Positions 45,201-56,450 of a stretch of 64,000 bases of DNA are shown here, in pieces; position 1 is the first letter of the stretch, and each line of letters opens with the position of its first letter. Origin of the DNA: Raillietiella orientalis (lineage: Eukaryota); contig JAYWIR010000081.1 in NCBI GenBank assembly GCA_036172245.1, positions 248,001 through 312,000 on the forward strand, read 5' to 3'. The notes under the pieces are model-generated. The model was given only the letters and a program-made list of their open reading frames with translations. It made no database searches and was not told where the DNA came from. The position numbers and the translations under genes are program-made.

Positions 45201-47926
45201 CGGGAGTTTTATTCCTCCTTATACGCGCCATTAACACCCGAGGGCCAATTCGCGCAGCAGTTGCTGCCGGATGGGGCTCTCGCGATCGGGGAGGAAGTTT
45301 GTTCCAGGTTGTCGGAACCATTTACGGTGGCAGAGATTGTCTCCGCCATCAGTAAATTGAAGACAAAGGACGGCCTGCCCGCGGAGTTTTACAAACACTT
45401 CGCGACAGAGCTGGCTCCCCTGGTGCTCAAGCTAAGTACGCTGATCCGCGAACACGGCGAAGTTCCCGCCTCGTTCCGATCAGCAAAAGTACGTCTCCTG
45501 CCGAAGTCAGGAGACCTACGCAAATTTAGCAACTGGCGTCTCATCACAGTGGTGAATGCGGACGCAAAGTTGTATGCCAAATTGTGGGTTGAGCGTTTAG
45601 GACCGGTGGCGGATTCCGTGATCAGCCCGGAGCAAACATACGCTGTTCCCGGGCGAACCATGGAAGCCAACCTGCTCCTCGCCAGCACATGGTGGCAGTT
45701 GCAACAGCGCTTTGCACAGGACGGTCAAGGGAGCCTTGAGCACCCCTCTGACCAGAGAGACCCGGTAGAGGGTGGGGCGGAATCGGCGGGAGCCTTCGCC
45801 ATCGCTGTCGACTTGCGCAAAGCATTCGACTGCGTCGACCAGGATCTCCTTCTGGAGCTCCTGGAACGAATGGGTTTCCCGTCCGTGCTCCAGTCCTACC
45901 TGCGCTCCTGCTGGCGCGACGCGTTGATTAACATTGTTTTCAGCGGCCGGCACGTGTATGGCGTGCCAGTGCGCCGCGGCATCCGGCAGGATGACAGCCT
46001 GAGCCCCTTGCTCTCCAGCATCTACTTTGAGTTAGTGCTGAGGGCATACAGGGTAACTCTGGCAACCCTGCCGAGCTCGTGTCCCGGCACGCCTGCTGTG
46101 TCGGCCTATGCAGACGATCTTCTGCTGCTGCTTCCCGGGTGCACCCCGGCGAGTGCACTCGAGGACTTCTTCGAGTTGCTGCGCCGCGGGACGGGCCTGG
46201 AGGTGAACAGGGCGAAGTCGTCCATAACTTGTACCTGCTCGGCGTGGGCTGGACGGTCGGACTGGATCCGCTTGGGGATCCCCACGGGCAGGTGCTTTAA
46301 GTACCTTGGTGTTCCGTTGGGGGAATTCTGCGTGACAGAAGCCTGGTCCGACCGTCTACAAAAGGCATCGTTGGCGATCGGTGCGTTTCACGAAGGCAAG
46401 TTTTACTTGCAGGAACGGGCCGCAGTGTGGAACGCGTTTGCGGCCCCCCTTCTACGCCCTTTACTTTTTGTGTGCGCCGCTTCTTATTTCGTCAGGAAAA
46501 GAGCAGCGGGCCTCCTACGGACAGTCCTTTGGGGCAAAGGGAGGTCCCGTGTGCGTCTTAAAGACTTGTGCGCTCCACGTAAAGACGGTGGACTTGGCCT
46601 ACTTACGCTGGAGCGCATGGAAGTACAATTTCAGTTTAGGACTCTCGCCCTTGCGGCGGAATTGTGGGACACGCCTTGGTGCGGTCCAGCACGACTTCTG
46701 GCCCAGCGAGCCTCAGGATATAGCGGACTTTCTTCGTTTCTCTGGGCGCGCGACCGCTGACAAGCACACTCCGGCTTTCATCTGCGGCGCATGGCCGTTG
46801 TGGTTCGGAAGAACACCTGGATCTCCTGCGTCCCAGGGAACTACTCGGCATGGTTGCACGAGACAGTCTCCACTTGGGAAAAGCTTCACTTTCCGGCGGG
46901 CACAAGAAACACTTGCCTGAAAAGGCACGCCCGCTGGACGCTACAGGAGATCGTGCAGTCCCACGATCAGCTTCTGTGGGCCCTGATAACCCCGCTTGCT
47001 CCTGTGCTGCCCTTCCTACAAAACGCTAGAGACAACAGGGAGCAGGGGAAATGGACCGTATCCTGCACCATCAAAAGTAGGACACAAAAGATTAAGGCGT
47101 GGACATCTCGGCAGCTAGCGGACGCTGCGACGCCGAGTGTCCCGCCCAACGGAATCCGACGCTGGGGAGAGCTACTCGGACTATCTCCGGAGGAGATGAA
47201 GTGGCCCCCAGCGTCTTGGAATAGTGACTCTCTCCCCCTGAAATGGCAAAAGGTGGCGCTGCTCGTGATACATTGGGGTTTACCCTTCAAGGCACGCCTC
47301 TCTCACTCCACTCGGGGGGCTGTGGATTCCCACTGCGACCGGTGTGGGGAGAAAGAGACATTCCCCCACCTCCTTATTGAGTGCATTGCTCTCCGCCCTC
47401 TCTGGGATCGTCTTGGAGCAATCCTGGACATTCGCGGAGGCGGCCCTAAAGGTGTTTTTAGGCGACTCTTCTTGCGTGATGCCTTGTCCCCTCCCGCTTC
47501 TGTGGCAGTTCTTTGCTGCATTAGAGGGATCGTGTCGGCTTGGAACGCGACAAGAAGAAGGCGCCAAGCTTGCGGCAATGCTGTACACTGGACTCGCCTT
47601 TTTGTGAGAAACATTTGCAGGTGGAGACACCTGGGTGCACAACGGACGCAGCTTGTGAAGATCCTGAACAGGATCTAGAGGACCTTTAAGCGTGCAATGT
47701 GATTCCCTTCCCGCCCTCCCTTCCCAAACATAAGTACTCCCTCCAACTTTTACATTTTTTTGTTTGTTTCGTTTTTTTCTTCCCGTTCCCGCGCGTTGGA
47801 AGGACCTCGCCGGTTTAGAACCGGCAAGAAGCAGGCTGCTTTGTGCTGAACCATCAGGTTCTTCACCCGAAAATTACATGTATTTTAATTTTTTTAGATA
47901 AATGCCCCGGCATATCCGGGTAAAAA
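42298..47926 (+). mobile_element. Family E full-length Tx1-type element nested in D ORF1
   Basis: Direct repeat CGCAGTGACG at 42288-42297 and 47927-47936; the empty site (CCCGCAGTGACGTCACC) is visible in D copy 1 near 36692; ORF2 44136-47678 with stops. Confidence 0.96.
42382..44127 (+). CDS. ORF1 protein of family E (two CCHC zinc knuckles)
   Basis: Open frame MPEDTANAEK...; CGNCETTGHLKRRC and CLRCGNKGHVRKVC. Confidence 0.9.
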   Translation: MPEDTANAEKGDGRALSPQPMDVGAISPTDSSPAPARSWSAVVAAPAPPPCEEQRAYESHGYNPALLYKVGGLYSPAMLRTFAAEFKKLKVPEEEVLGLSVRSGGQLVELNCKTAGMTQQLLRCPVTVNGRRIFPFTADKSIVIHLTGLTMRMAKNAVRQELEKYGTVHALWAKPNTLGYTRAFSGYAAARVTVREDSGLPHRLQVDEEYIDLWYIGKPKFCGNCETTGHLKRRCPNIVCLRCGNKGHVRKVCPLRFASTPVGNKRTESPQEPDKQDPQSSETSQTGEISTPVEQKPEEGETVAENSWQLVKKKESKKKGKAPKKTVKMVAKTVRRSTVHIDRVPAKASTSKPSIDTAPAASIDRAVPASCGEIATVAIDSAAHVAAIEIVVPVQSTGSVVAASESSAAAVPNDSAPVAAIESVVTSPDSPTGGEIRDDVERISDANFAQAAEELAAFRRQPVKAEKKAVRRPATAKDPETSEFDAESGNSPSVGLPKRKHKNATGARKRAVTSQEEVEMPSDSEEESMCVAQCDFVPESILYQLLTQSTADGVSDAPEHSNDMDPDHPSSEQEAVSSTPP

Positions 47927-50900
47927 CGCAGTGACGTCACCATCAGCTGACGACAATGCCGTTCCGGCATTGCCAGCGAAGGACGTCTGCGCGCCGATCG
48001 ATGAAGCCGCCCCTATCGCGCCTGCGCAAAGCGTCGGTGCGGAAAGCAAGGAGGCGGCGCGCATAACGGACGCGACCTTCGCGCAGGCCGCGGAAGAGCT
48101 GGCAGCCATGTTACGGCAGCCTGCCAAGGCCGAGAAGAAGGCCTTGAGACGACCGGCAACGGTGAAGGGCCCGGAAAATTCCGAGTCCGAAACCGAAGCC
48201 GGTTGCTCTACTTCCGCAGCCGTGCCGAAGAGGAAAGCTGGCAAGAAGGCCGGATGCCCGAGACGTGTCGCCTCCTCCCAAGTGGAGGAGCCCATGTCAT
48301 CGGGCACGGAGGAGGAGGCAATGTGCGTCGCGTCACGCGAGCCTTCTCCGATCCGTGTCTCGGAAGCCAGCGCAATGGAGGTCGCTGCTGACGACGTGCT
48401 CCCGGGTGAGCAGCCGACCGTCGTCACGTCCGCCAACGAGCCGCCTCCCGAACGGGAGGAGGCCGCCTCCACCCCACCATAAATACACCAATGCGTGGGC
48501 TCGCCTCCTGCCGCCGCTTGCGCATCACCTGTTGGAATGTCAACGGGTTGCGCGACGACGGAAAGAGGCGAGATGTAGCCGCCATACTGCGAGATTTCGA
48601 CCTGGTGCTCCTGCAAGGGACGCACGTTCTCCGACCGGGAGATGTCACGGAAATCGAAAGAATCGCGGGAGGGCGGCTACTGTGGAGGAACGGAACGGAC
48701 AACTCCTGCGGAGTGGCCTTTCTGCTAAAGCCAACCGTCGACAACTCACTGCGCAGTGCACGGTTCGACGGGGATGGTCGAGTTGGGCAGCTTGTGTTCA
48801 AGTGGTCCGACTCGATCGACCTCGTAGTCACGAACCTGTACGCTCCGGTGAGCAGCCACAGGACCGAGGAACGCACTGCGTTCTTCGAAACCTTGCGGCG
48901 AGACTGGTTGGCCGAAGCGTGCGTGCGAAGGGCGCACCTCATTGCGGGCGATTTCAATCTCCGCCTGCTGGCAGGTGCGCCCAGCGGACGAGCACAGCTG
49001 GTCAACGAGTTGTGCGCAGCCATGCATGCGCGCAACTTGTTGGCCGGTGATGCCGGGAGAGATCGGAACATCAACCACATGTTCCTCGACAACCACCTGT
49101 GTACGCGGGTGGGAACTCGAGGAACGCTCTCGGCAGAGCTGTCCGACCATCCACGGCTCGTGCTCGAGTTACATCCGCGCAATAAGGGCCCTACCCTGAA
49201 AACATGGCGCCTGCCAGGGGATTGGTTGCGCCTCGCAGGAGCGGCGGAACATCTACGCTGTTTCCTGCGAGGATTCCTGGTTCAGACGCTCGCGGACTGG
49301 GACGAAATGAAGTGCTCAGTCCGTGAGTTTTGCGACCAGTTTCCCCTGGAACGTCTTCCGCCGGGCTTCGGTGAGGGTGTCAGGAACGAGCGGGCGTACC
49401 TCCAGGCGCGCCGTTATTCCCGGCGTCCCGACGTCCGTCGCCTGGCTGAATTCAAGCCTGAGGCGGAGAGGCAGGCCTGGCAGTCAGGCGCGGCCTGCCT
49501 GCTGGATCATCAGGGCCAAGAACGCTCCAGCCCAGCCCAGGTAAGCCGCATCGTGCGGGAGTTTTATTCCTCCTTGTACGCGCCACTAACACCTGAGCGC
49601 CATTTCGCGCAGCGCCTGCTGCCGGATGGCGCTCTTGCGCTCAAGGAGGAGGACCGTTCCAGATTGGCGGAACCGTTCACGATGGCGGAGATCATCTCCG
49701 CCATCAACAGGCTCAAGAGAAGGAAGGCACCAGGGAAGGACGGCCTGCCCGCGGAGTTTTACCATCGCTTCGCGTCAGAGCTGGCCCCCCTGGTGCTTAG
49801 GTTAAGTGCGCTGATCCGCGAACACGGCGAAGTTCCCGACTCGTTCCGGTCAGCTAAAGTACGTCTCCTGCCGAAGTCAGGAGACTTACGCAACATAGGC
49901 AACTGGCGTCCCATCACAGTAGTGAATGCGGACGCAAAGTTGTATGCCAAGTTGTGGGCTGAGGGTTTGGGGCGGGTGGCCGCTTTCGTAATGAGTCCCG
50001 AGCAGACCTATGCTGTTCCCGGACGAACCATGGAGGCCAACCTGCTCCTCGCCAGCTCATGGTGGCAGTTGCGACAACGCGTTGCACATGACGGTCAAGG
50101 GAGCCTCGCGCCTTCCTCTGACCAAGAAGATCGGGCAGAGGGTGGGATGGACTCGGCGGGAGCCTTTGCCGTCGCGGTCGATTTGCACAAAGCATTCAAC
50201 TGCGTCGACCAGGATCTCCTTCTGGAGCTCCTGGAACGCATGTGTTTCTCTGCCGTGCTTCAATCTTACCTGGGCTCCTGCTGGCGCAACGCGTCAATCA
50301 ATATCGGTTTCAGCGGCCGCCACGTGTACGGCGTGCCCGTACGCCGCGGCATCCGGCAGGGTGACAGCCTGAGCCCCTTGCTCTTCAGCATCTACTTCGA
50401 GTTGCTGCTGAGGGCATACAGGGTAACTCTGGCAACCCTGCCGAGCTCGTGTGCCGGCACGCCTGCCGTGTCGGCCTAGGCAGACGATCTTCTGCTGCTG
50501 CTTCCCGGGTCCACCCCGGCGAGTGCACTCGAGGACTTCTTCGAGTTGCTGCGCCAAGGGACGGGCCTGGAGGTGAACAGGGCGAAGTCGTCCATGGTCT
50601 TCGTCGGTTAGGCGTGGGCTGGACGGTCGGACTGGATCCGCTTGGGGATCCCCACGGGCAGGTGCTTCAAGTAGCTCGGCGTACCGTTGGGGGACTTCTG
50701 CGCAGCAGAAGCCTGGTCCGACCGTCTCCAAAAGGCAGCGTTGGCGATCGGTCCGTTCCAAGAAGGCAAGTTCTACTTGCAGGAACGGGCCGCGGTGTGG
50801 AACGCGTTTGCGGATCCCCTCCTTCGCCCCCTACTTTTTGTTTGCCGCGCCCCTTATTTTATTCGGAAACGAGCAGCTTGTCTCCTGAGGACAGGTCTTT

Positions 50901-52316
50901 GGGGCAAAAAGAGGTCCCGTGTGAGGCTCAGAGACTTGTTCGCTCCACGTAAGGACGGTGGACTTGGCGTACTTACGCTGGAGCGCATGAAACTACAACT
51001 TAGATTCAGGACACTCGCCCATGCGGCGGATTTCTGGGACACGCCTTGGTGCGTTCCAGCACGCCTCCTGGCCCAACGAGCCTGCGGATTCGACGGACTT
51101 TTGTCGTTTCTGTCTGCGCGCGTCTGCAGAAGACCATACTGTGGCTCTATGCTGCGACGCATCTTCGTTGCGGTTCGGGAGAACGCCTGGATCTCCTGCC
51201 TCCCAGGGCACTACTCCGCCTGGTTGCACGAGTCAGTTTCCACCTGGGAAAAGATCCACGTTCCGGCGGGCACAAGGAACACTTGTATGAAAAGGCACGC
51301 CCGCTGGTTGCTGCAGGAGATCGTGCAGTCCCACGACAAGCTTCTGTGGGCCTTGATAACCCCCTTCGCCCCAGTGCTGCCCTTCCTTGTGTATGCCAGG
51401 GACAGTAGCGAGCAGGGGAAATGGACCGTTTCCTGCACTATAGGCGGCAGGACACAATCGATAAAGGCGTGGACATCTCGGCAGCTAGCTGAGGCTGCGA
51501 CGCCGAGTGTCCCGCCCAACGAAATTCTACGCTAAGGCGAGCTACTCTTACTATCTCCGGAGGAGATGAAGTGGCCCCCAGCGTCCTGGAACAGTGCATC
51601 CCTCCCCCTGAAATGGCAGGATGTGGCGTTGGTTGTGGTCCTCTGGGGACTTCCATTCAAAGCACGCCTTCATCACACAACCCGGGGGGCTGTGGATCTT
51701 TATTGTGACCGGTGCGGGGAAAAAGAGACCTTCCATCACCTTCTCATCGAGTGCAGTGCCATCCGCCCTTTGTGGGATCGTCTCGCGTCGATCCTGGACT
51801 TGCGCGGATGCGGCCCAAAGGACGTTTTCAGGCGCCTCTTCTGTAGTGACGCCTTGTCCCCGCCCGCTAGTGTAGCAGTCCTCTGCTGCATCAGAGGAAT
51901 AGTGGCGGCTTGGAACGCCACCAGAAGAAGGCGTCAGCCAACCGGCAACGCCTTACACTGGACTCGCGTTTTCGCGCGAAGTGTCTGCAAGTGGCGCCAC
52001 TTGGGCGCTGAAAGGACTCAGCTTGAGCGGATCCTGAATCGGATCTAGAGGACCTCTCCACGCGCACCGTGATCCCTTCCCCGCCCTCCCACCCCTACAA
52101 CATTTGTTCCCCCCCACATTTGAACTTTTTGTTTCTTTTTGTTTTTCTTTATTTCCCATCCCCGCGCATCGGAAGGACCTCTCCGGCACGGAGCCGGTAA
52201 CCAGCAAGCTGTTTTGGAGTGGTGAACCTTCGGGTTCGCCACGTGACATTTTTTCTGTTATTTTATTTTTAAGAAATAAATGCCCCGGCACATCCGGGTG
52301 TGAACAACCCGCCGCC

Positions 52317-54335
52317 TGAGAGGGTGGACGTGCTTTTGTGGTGCTCCGCGTTTTTCTCGCGAGTGTTTTCGGGGTTTTCAGCTGTGAGCGGTGGTTCCTG
52401 GGCAGAGATGCCCGAGTACGCCGGAAAGACGGCGGAGGGGGGCGAGCGAGCCTCGTCCCCCCAGCCCATGGATGTGGGGGCCATCTCCCCCACGGAATCG
52501 TCCCCGCCCCGGCGAGGGCTTGGAGCGCGGTGGTGGCGTGGTGCATTTGACCGGCATAACGATGCGCATGGCAAAGAGCGCCGTGCGAGAATCGTTAGAG
52601 AATTTCGGGACCGTTCACGCGTTGTAGGCAAAACCCAACACCCTGGGTTATACCAGGGCGTTCAGTGGCTATGCCGCCGCGCGTGTGACGGTCCGAGAGG
52701 AAAGTGGTTTACCCCACCGACTGCAGGTCGGTGATGAACACATCGACCTGTGGTACATAGGGAAACCTAAATTTTGTGTAAATTGCGAAGCCATCGGACA
52801 CCTCAAACGGAGGTGCCCTAACATCGTGTTCCTCCGATGTGGTACCAAGGGACACGTACGAAAGGTGTGCCCTTCTCGTTTTGCGTCCACTCCTGCTGGC
52901 AACAAGAAAACCGAGTCGCCACAGGTGCAGGACAAACAGCATCCCCCATCGGGTGAATGCTCGCAAGCAGGCGAGAAACCGATGCCGGAGGAAGAAAAGG
53001 CGGAGGATGGCGAAGCTGTCGCCGAATACAGCTGGAAGTTGGTGGAGAAAAAGGAGAGCAAGGGGAAAGGTACGGCCCCCAAGAAAACGGTAAAAATGGT
53101 GGCGAAAAGCGTCCGTCGTTCCACCGTAAACATCGATCGCTTTACCGCGAAGGCTTCCTCCAGCAAGCCGTCGATCGATACCGCATCTGCGGCATCGATC
53201 GATAGAGCGGTCCCGGCCCCGTCCACCGAAATCGCTACGGTAGTGATCGATATCGCGGCACCTGTTGCCGCGATCGATACTATTGTTCCAGTTCCGTCCG
53301 CTGGAAGTGTTGTAGTGGCGAGTGAAAGCTCAGCCGCTGCTGTTCCGATCGATAGCCCGCCGGCTGCAGCTTTCGATTCGGCAGTGACGTCACCGGACTC
53401 GCCAACAGGCGGCGAAGTCTGCGATGACGCGGAACGCATCTCCGATGCAGCGTTCGCGCAAGCCGCGGAAGAGTTGGCTGCCTTGTTAAGGCAGCCCGTC
53501 AAGGCCGAGAAGAAGGCCGTTCGACGCCCGGCTACGGCGAAGGACCCAGAAAACAGCGAGTCCGACGCCGAAACCGGGAACTCGTCGACCGTAGGGTTGC
53601 CGAAAAGAAAAAATAAAAGTTCAACGGGAGCTCGTAGGCGTGCTGTCCCCACTCAGGTAGAGGTGGAAATGGCATCCGACAGCGAAGAGGAGTCAATGTG
53701 CGTTCAAGCGTGCGACTCTGCGCCTAAGAGCATCCTATTCCAACTGTTGACACAGTCCTCGGCCGACGAAGCACACCAAACTCCTTCCGAATCCGTCGGC
53801 GTGGACGCGGAACACCCGTTTCCTGAAAGGGAGACGGTTTCCTCCACACCACCATAAATACACCTATGGTGTGGGCTCGCCTGCTGCCGTCGCTTGCGAA
53901 TTACTTGTTGGAACGTCAACGGGTTGAGCAGCGACGGCAAGAGGCGAGACGTAGCCGCTATACTGCGAGAATTAGACCTGGCTCTACTGCAAGAGACTTA
54001 CGTGCTCACAGCAGAGGCAGGCCAGCATTTCGAGAGGATCGCAGGGGGCAGGCTACTGTGGAGGAACGGAACAGATCACTCCTGCGGAGTGGCCTTTTTG
54101 CTGAAGCCGTCCGTCGAAAACTCACTGCGTAGTGCACGGTTCGACGGGGGCGGTCGAGTTGGGCAGCTTGTTCTCAAGTGGTTCGACTCCATCGACCTCG
54201 TGGTCACGAACCTGTACGCTCCGGTGGGCAGCCACAGATCCGAGGAACGCACTGCGTTCTTCGAATCCCTGCGGCGAGACTGGTTGGCCAAAGCAGGCGA
54301 GCGAAGGGCGCACCTCATTGCGGGCGATTTCAGTC
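52317..54335 (+). mobile_element. Chimeric D/E-like element (D 5' end, internal deletion, E-like ORF1, endonuclease up to GDF); host of family B copy 2
   Basis: 5' end matches D; sequence jumps from ...GTGGTGGCG to TGGTGCATTTGACC near 52538; downstream ORF 52685-53857 resembles E ORF1. Confidence 0.88.
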
Positions 54336-56425
54336 GAGTGCGGACGTGTTTTTCTTCGCTCTCGTCTCGGTGCTTTCATCCGCTTCATCTTGGCGTCGTA
54401 CATTTTGACGACGATGTCGACCCAACTTGAAGCTACTGAAGTTGGGGGAACAGCATCCGGATCTGCAATCGCGGAACCGACGGCCGCCTCCACTTCGTCT
54501 TTCTCGCCAATGGAGAGGAGTTTTGCTGACGTTGCTGCCACAGCAGCCGTCAAACGGAAACCACTCGACGAGTCGGAGTTGCGGGCATACGTAGTCCAAG
54601 GCTATAGACCTGCTCTCCGATATAAGGTGAGTGGTTTTCTTTCTGCGCGCGACGGGAATCAGTTCAACGATGAACTGACCCGTGTTGGCGTGCGGGAGGA
54701 GGACCTTCTCGCCATTATGCCCGTGAAAGACATGGGCTATTTCAAGGTGCGTTGCAAAGACGCTGCACTTGTGCAACGCTTGCTGAGCACCCCGTTGTCG
54801 ATCCGTGGCCAGAAGGTCTTCCCGGCCGCCATGGACGACTCATTTGTGGTGGAGATTTTCGACATCGAGTCGGAAATCTCCGATACTGATATTCGGAACG
54901 CGTTGGCGAAATTCGCCACGGTCCATGCGCTGTGGAGGGTGCGTAGCAACCTCAAGGACTTCCCGTCCATACACAGCGGAGTCGCTGGAGTCCGGCTTAC
55001 AATGCCGGACCGCCGTCTGCTGCCCACCAAACTACAGGTGAAAGACACGGTCGTTCACCTGTGGTTCGTGGGCAAAGTAGAAACGTGCGAGCAATGCGGG
55101 AAGGAGGGGCATTGTTTGAATAAATGCCCCTCTGGAAAATGCCGTTATTGCAAACTATCCAGGCACCCATTGAAAAATTGCCCGGATCTTTTGCGAAAAA
55201 AGGCAGCCGCGGAGCTTCATCTTAAGAAACAAGGCGCGGAGAAAAAGAAAAAATCTGCGAAAAACATGGAGACCCCACGGCAGAAATTCGGTAAAAACGC
55301 GAGGCGGAATGTCGCCCCAAAGCAGCATGAAACCTCGCACGCGAAGCCCTGCGTGCCCACTCTCGAGGCAGGGGAGCCGAAAAAGAAAGAGTGCGGGTAA
55401 TCCGGGGCAATGGTAAGTCCCCCTAGGCGCAATAGCTGTCCTTCGCGAGCACGCCCGGCTCTTTCGGAGTTCGAGCAACCGGCGGGGACGTCAATGGACA
55501 ACGGCGGTAAGGACACTTCCAGTACCGTTAGATCCAATCCTTCACCTCCTGCAGTGACTGAGAAGCCCAAATCGGGTAAGAAGGGTTGTGCAGTGTCGAC
55601 TTCGAAAGTCGGCAAAAAACAATCCGCGTCGCGATCCGACACCGCGAAAGCGGAGAAAAATCTCACGCCGTCGCAATCGGAGAGCAAGCTCTCGACTGGC
55701 GCGGATGCCATGCCAACGAAGGGATTAAAAGCCCTTCCGAAGGCAGCGTCCATGACGAGCGTGTCGAAGCCATCCAAAGTGCTCCCGTCCTAAGACGCGG
55801 ATGGCTTCAAAGATGGCAATGGAGCACAATCTCCATTTACGGCGCCACGCGAAGTGAGGAGCCGTAATGAAGTAAAGAAGACTTCAGCAAAGGTCCCTCG
55901 TGCAACTGCGCGTGAGCACGCTGAAAACGCGCGCGCCGGGAAAGTAGCCGTCACCAAAAGCGACGCTCTGGTGACGGAAAACGAAAACAGGACAGCTGTC
56001 AATCCAGCAGAAGCTGTCACTGCTTCGCGGAAGGCCGAAACCCGATCGAACATGCGCCGGTCGGACTCTGAAGTGGATGCTGTTCCGATCACCGAGACGA
56101 GGACAACTCGCTCGAAAGCGTGTGCGCGCCGATCAAAAGTAGGCAGCCAGGCAACGCTCGCCGCGAAGCAACGCGAAGTCTCCACGAAACCCGACGGGGT
56201 TCAGCGTGGCGTGGAGGCATTACATGCATGCAGCACGACAGAAGACGGTGGCGACCGTCCCCTCCAGCCAGTCGTGCTGCTCGCCGTCTGCTCGCCGGAT
56301 AAAGCGAGCAAAAAGCTGCCACCTTCCCAGCAGTAATGCAGGAATCGCGTCTTCTCGTCGCCTGTCCGTAACGTGTTGGAACGTGAACGGACTGCAGAAC
56401 GACGAGAAGAGGCGATTAGTAGCCA
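54336..56425 (+). mobile_element. Family B copy 2: 5' end, ORF1 (with stops) and first codons of ORF2, 3'-truncated
   Basis: MSTQLEAT..., CEQCGKEGHCLNKC and CRYCKLSRHPLKNC, TCWNVNGLQNDEKRRLVA; near-identical to 10150-11515 on the reverse strand. Confidence 0.93.
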
Positions 56426-56450
56426 TCGGGCAGTCTGCTTTTTAGAATCC

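Larger units (their letters stand above)
41085..52304 (+). mobile_element. Family D copy 2, full-length but interrupted in ORF1 by element E; ORF2 48491-52048 with several stops
   Basis: 41085-42297 joined to 47937-52304 is colinear with copy 1. Confidence 0.95.

Noticed and set aside
48491..52048. RIP-like or methylation-driven hypermutation as the cause of the stop codons
   Set aside because: Stops arise from mixed changes (TAT>TAG, TCG>TAG, TAC>TAG) and CpG remains abundant; no clear directional signature by eye.
35490..52304. Telomeric retrotransposon array (HeT-A/TART or SART/TRAS style)
   Set aside because: No telomeric repeats are present, orientations are mixed across the cluster, and ordinary DNA continues to the right.
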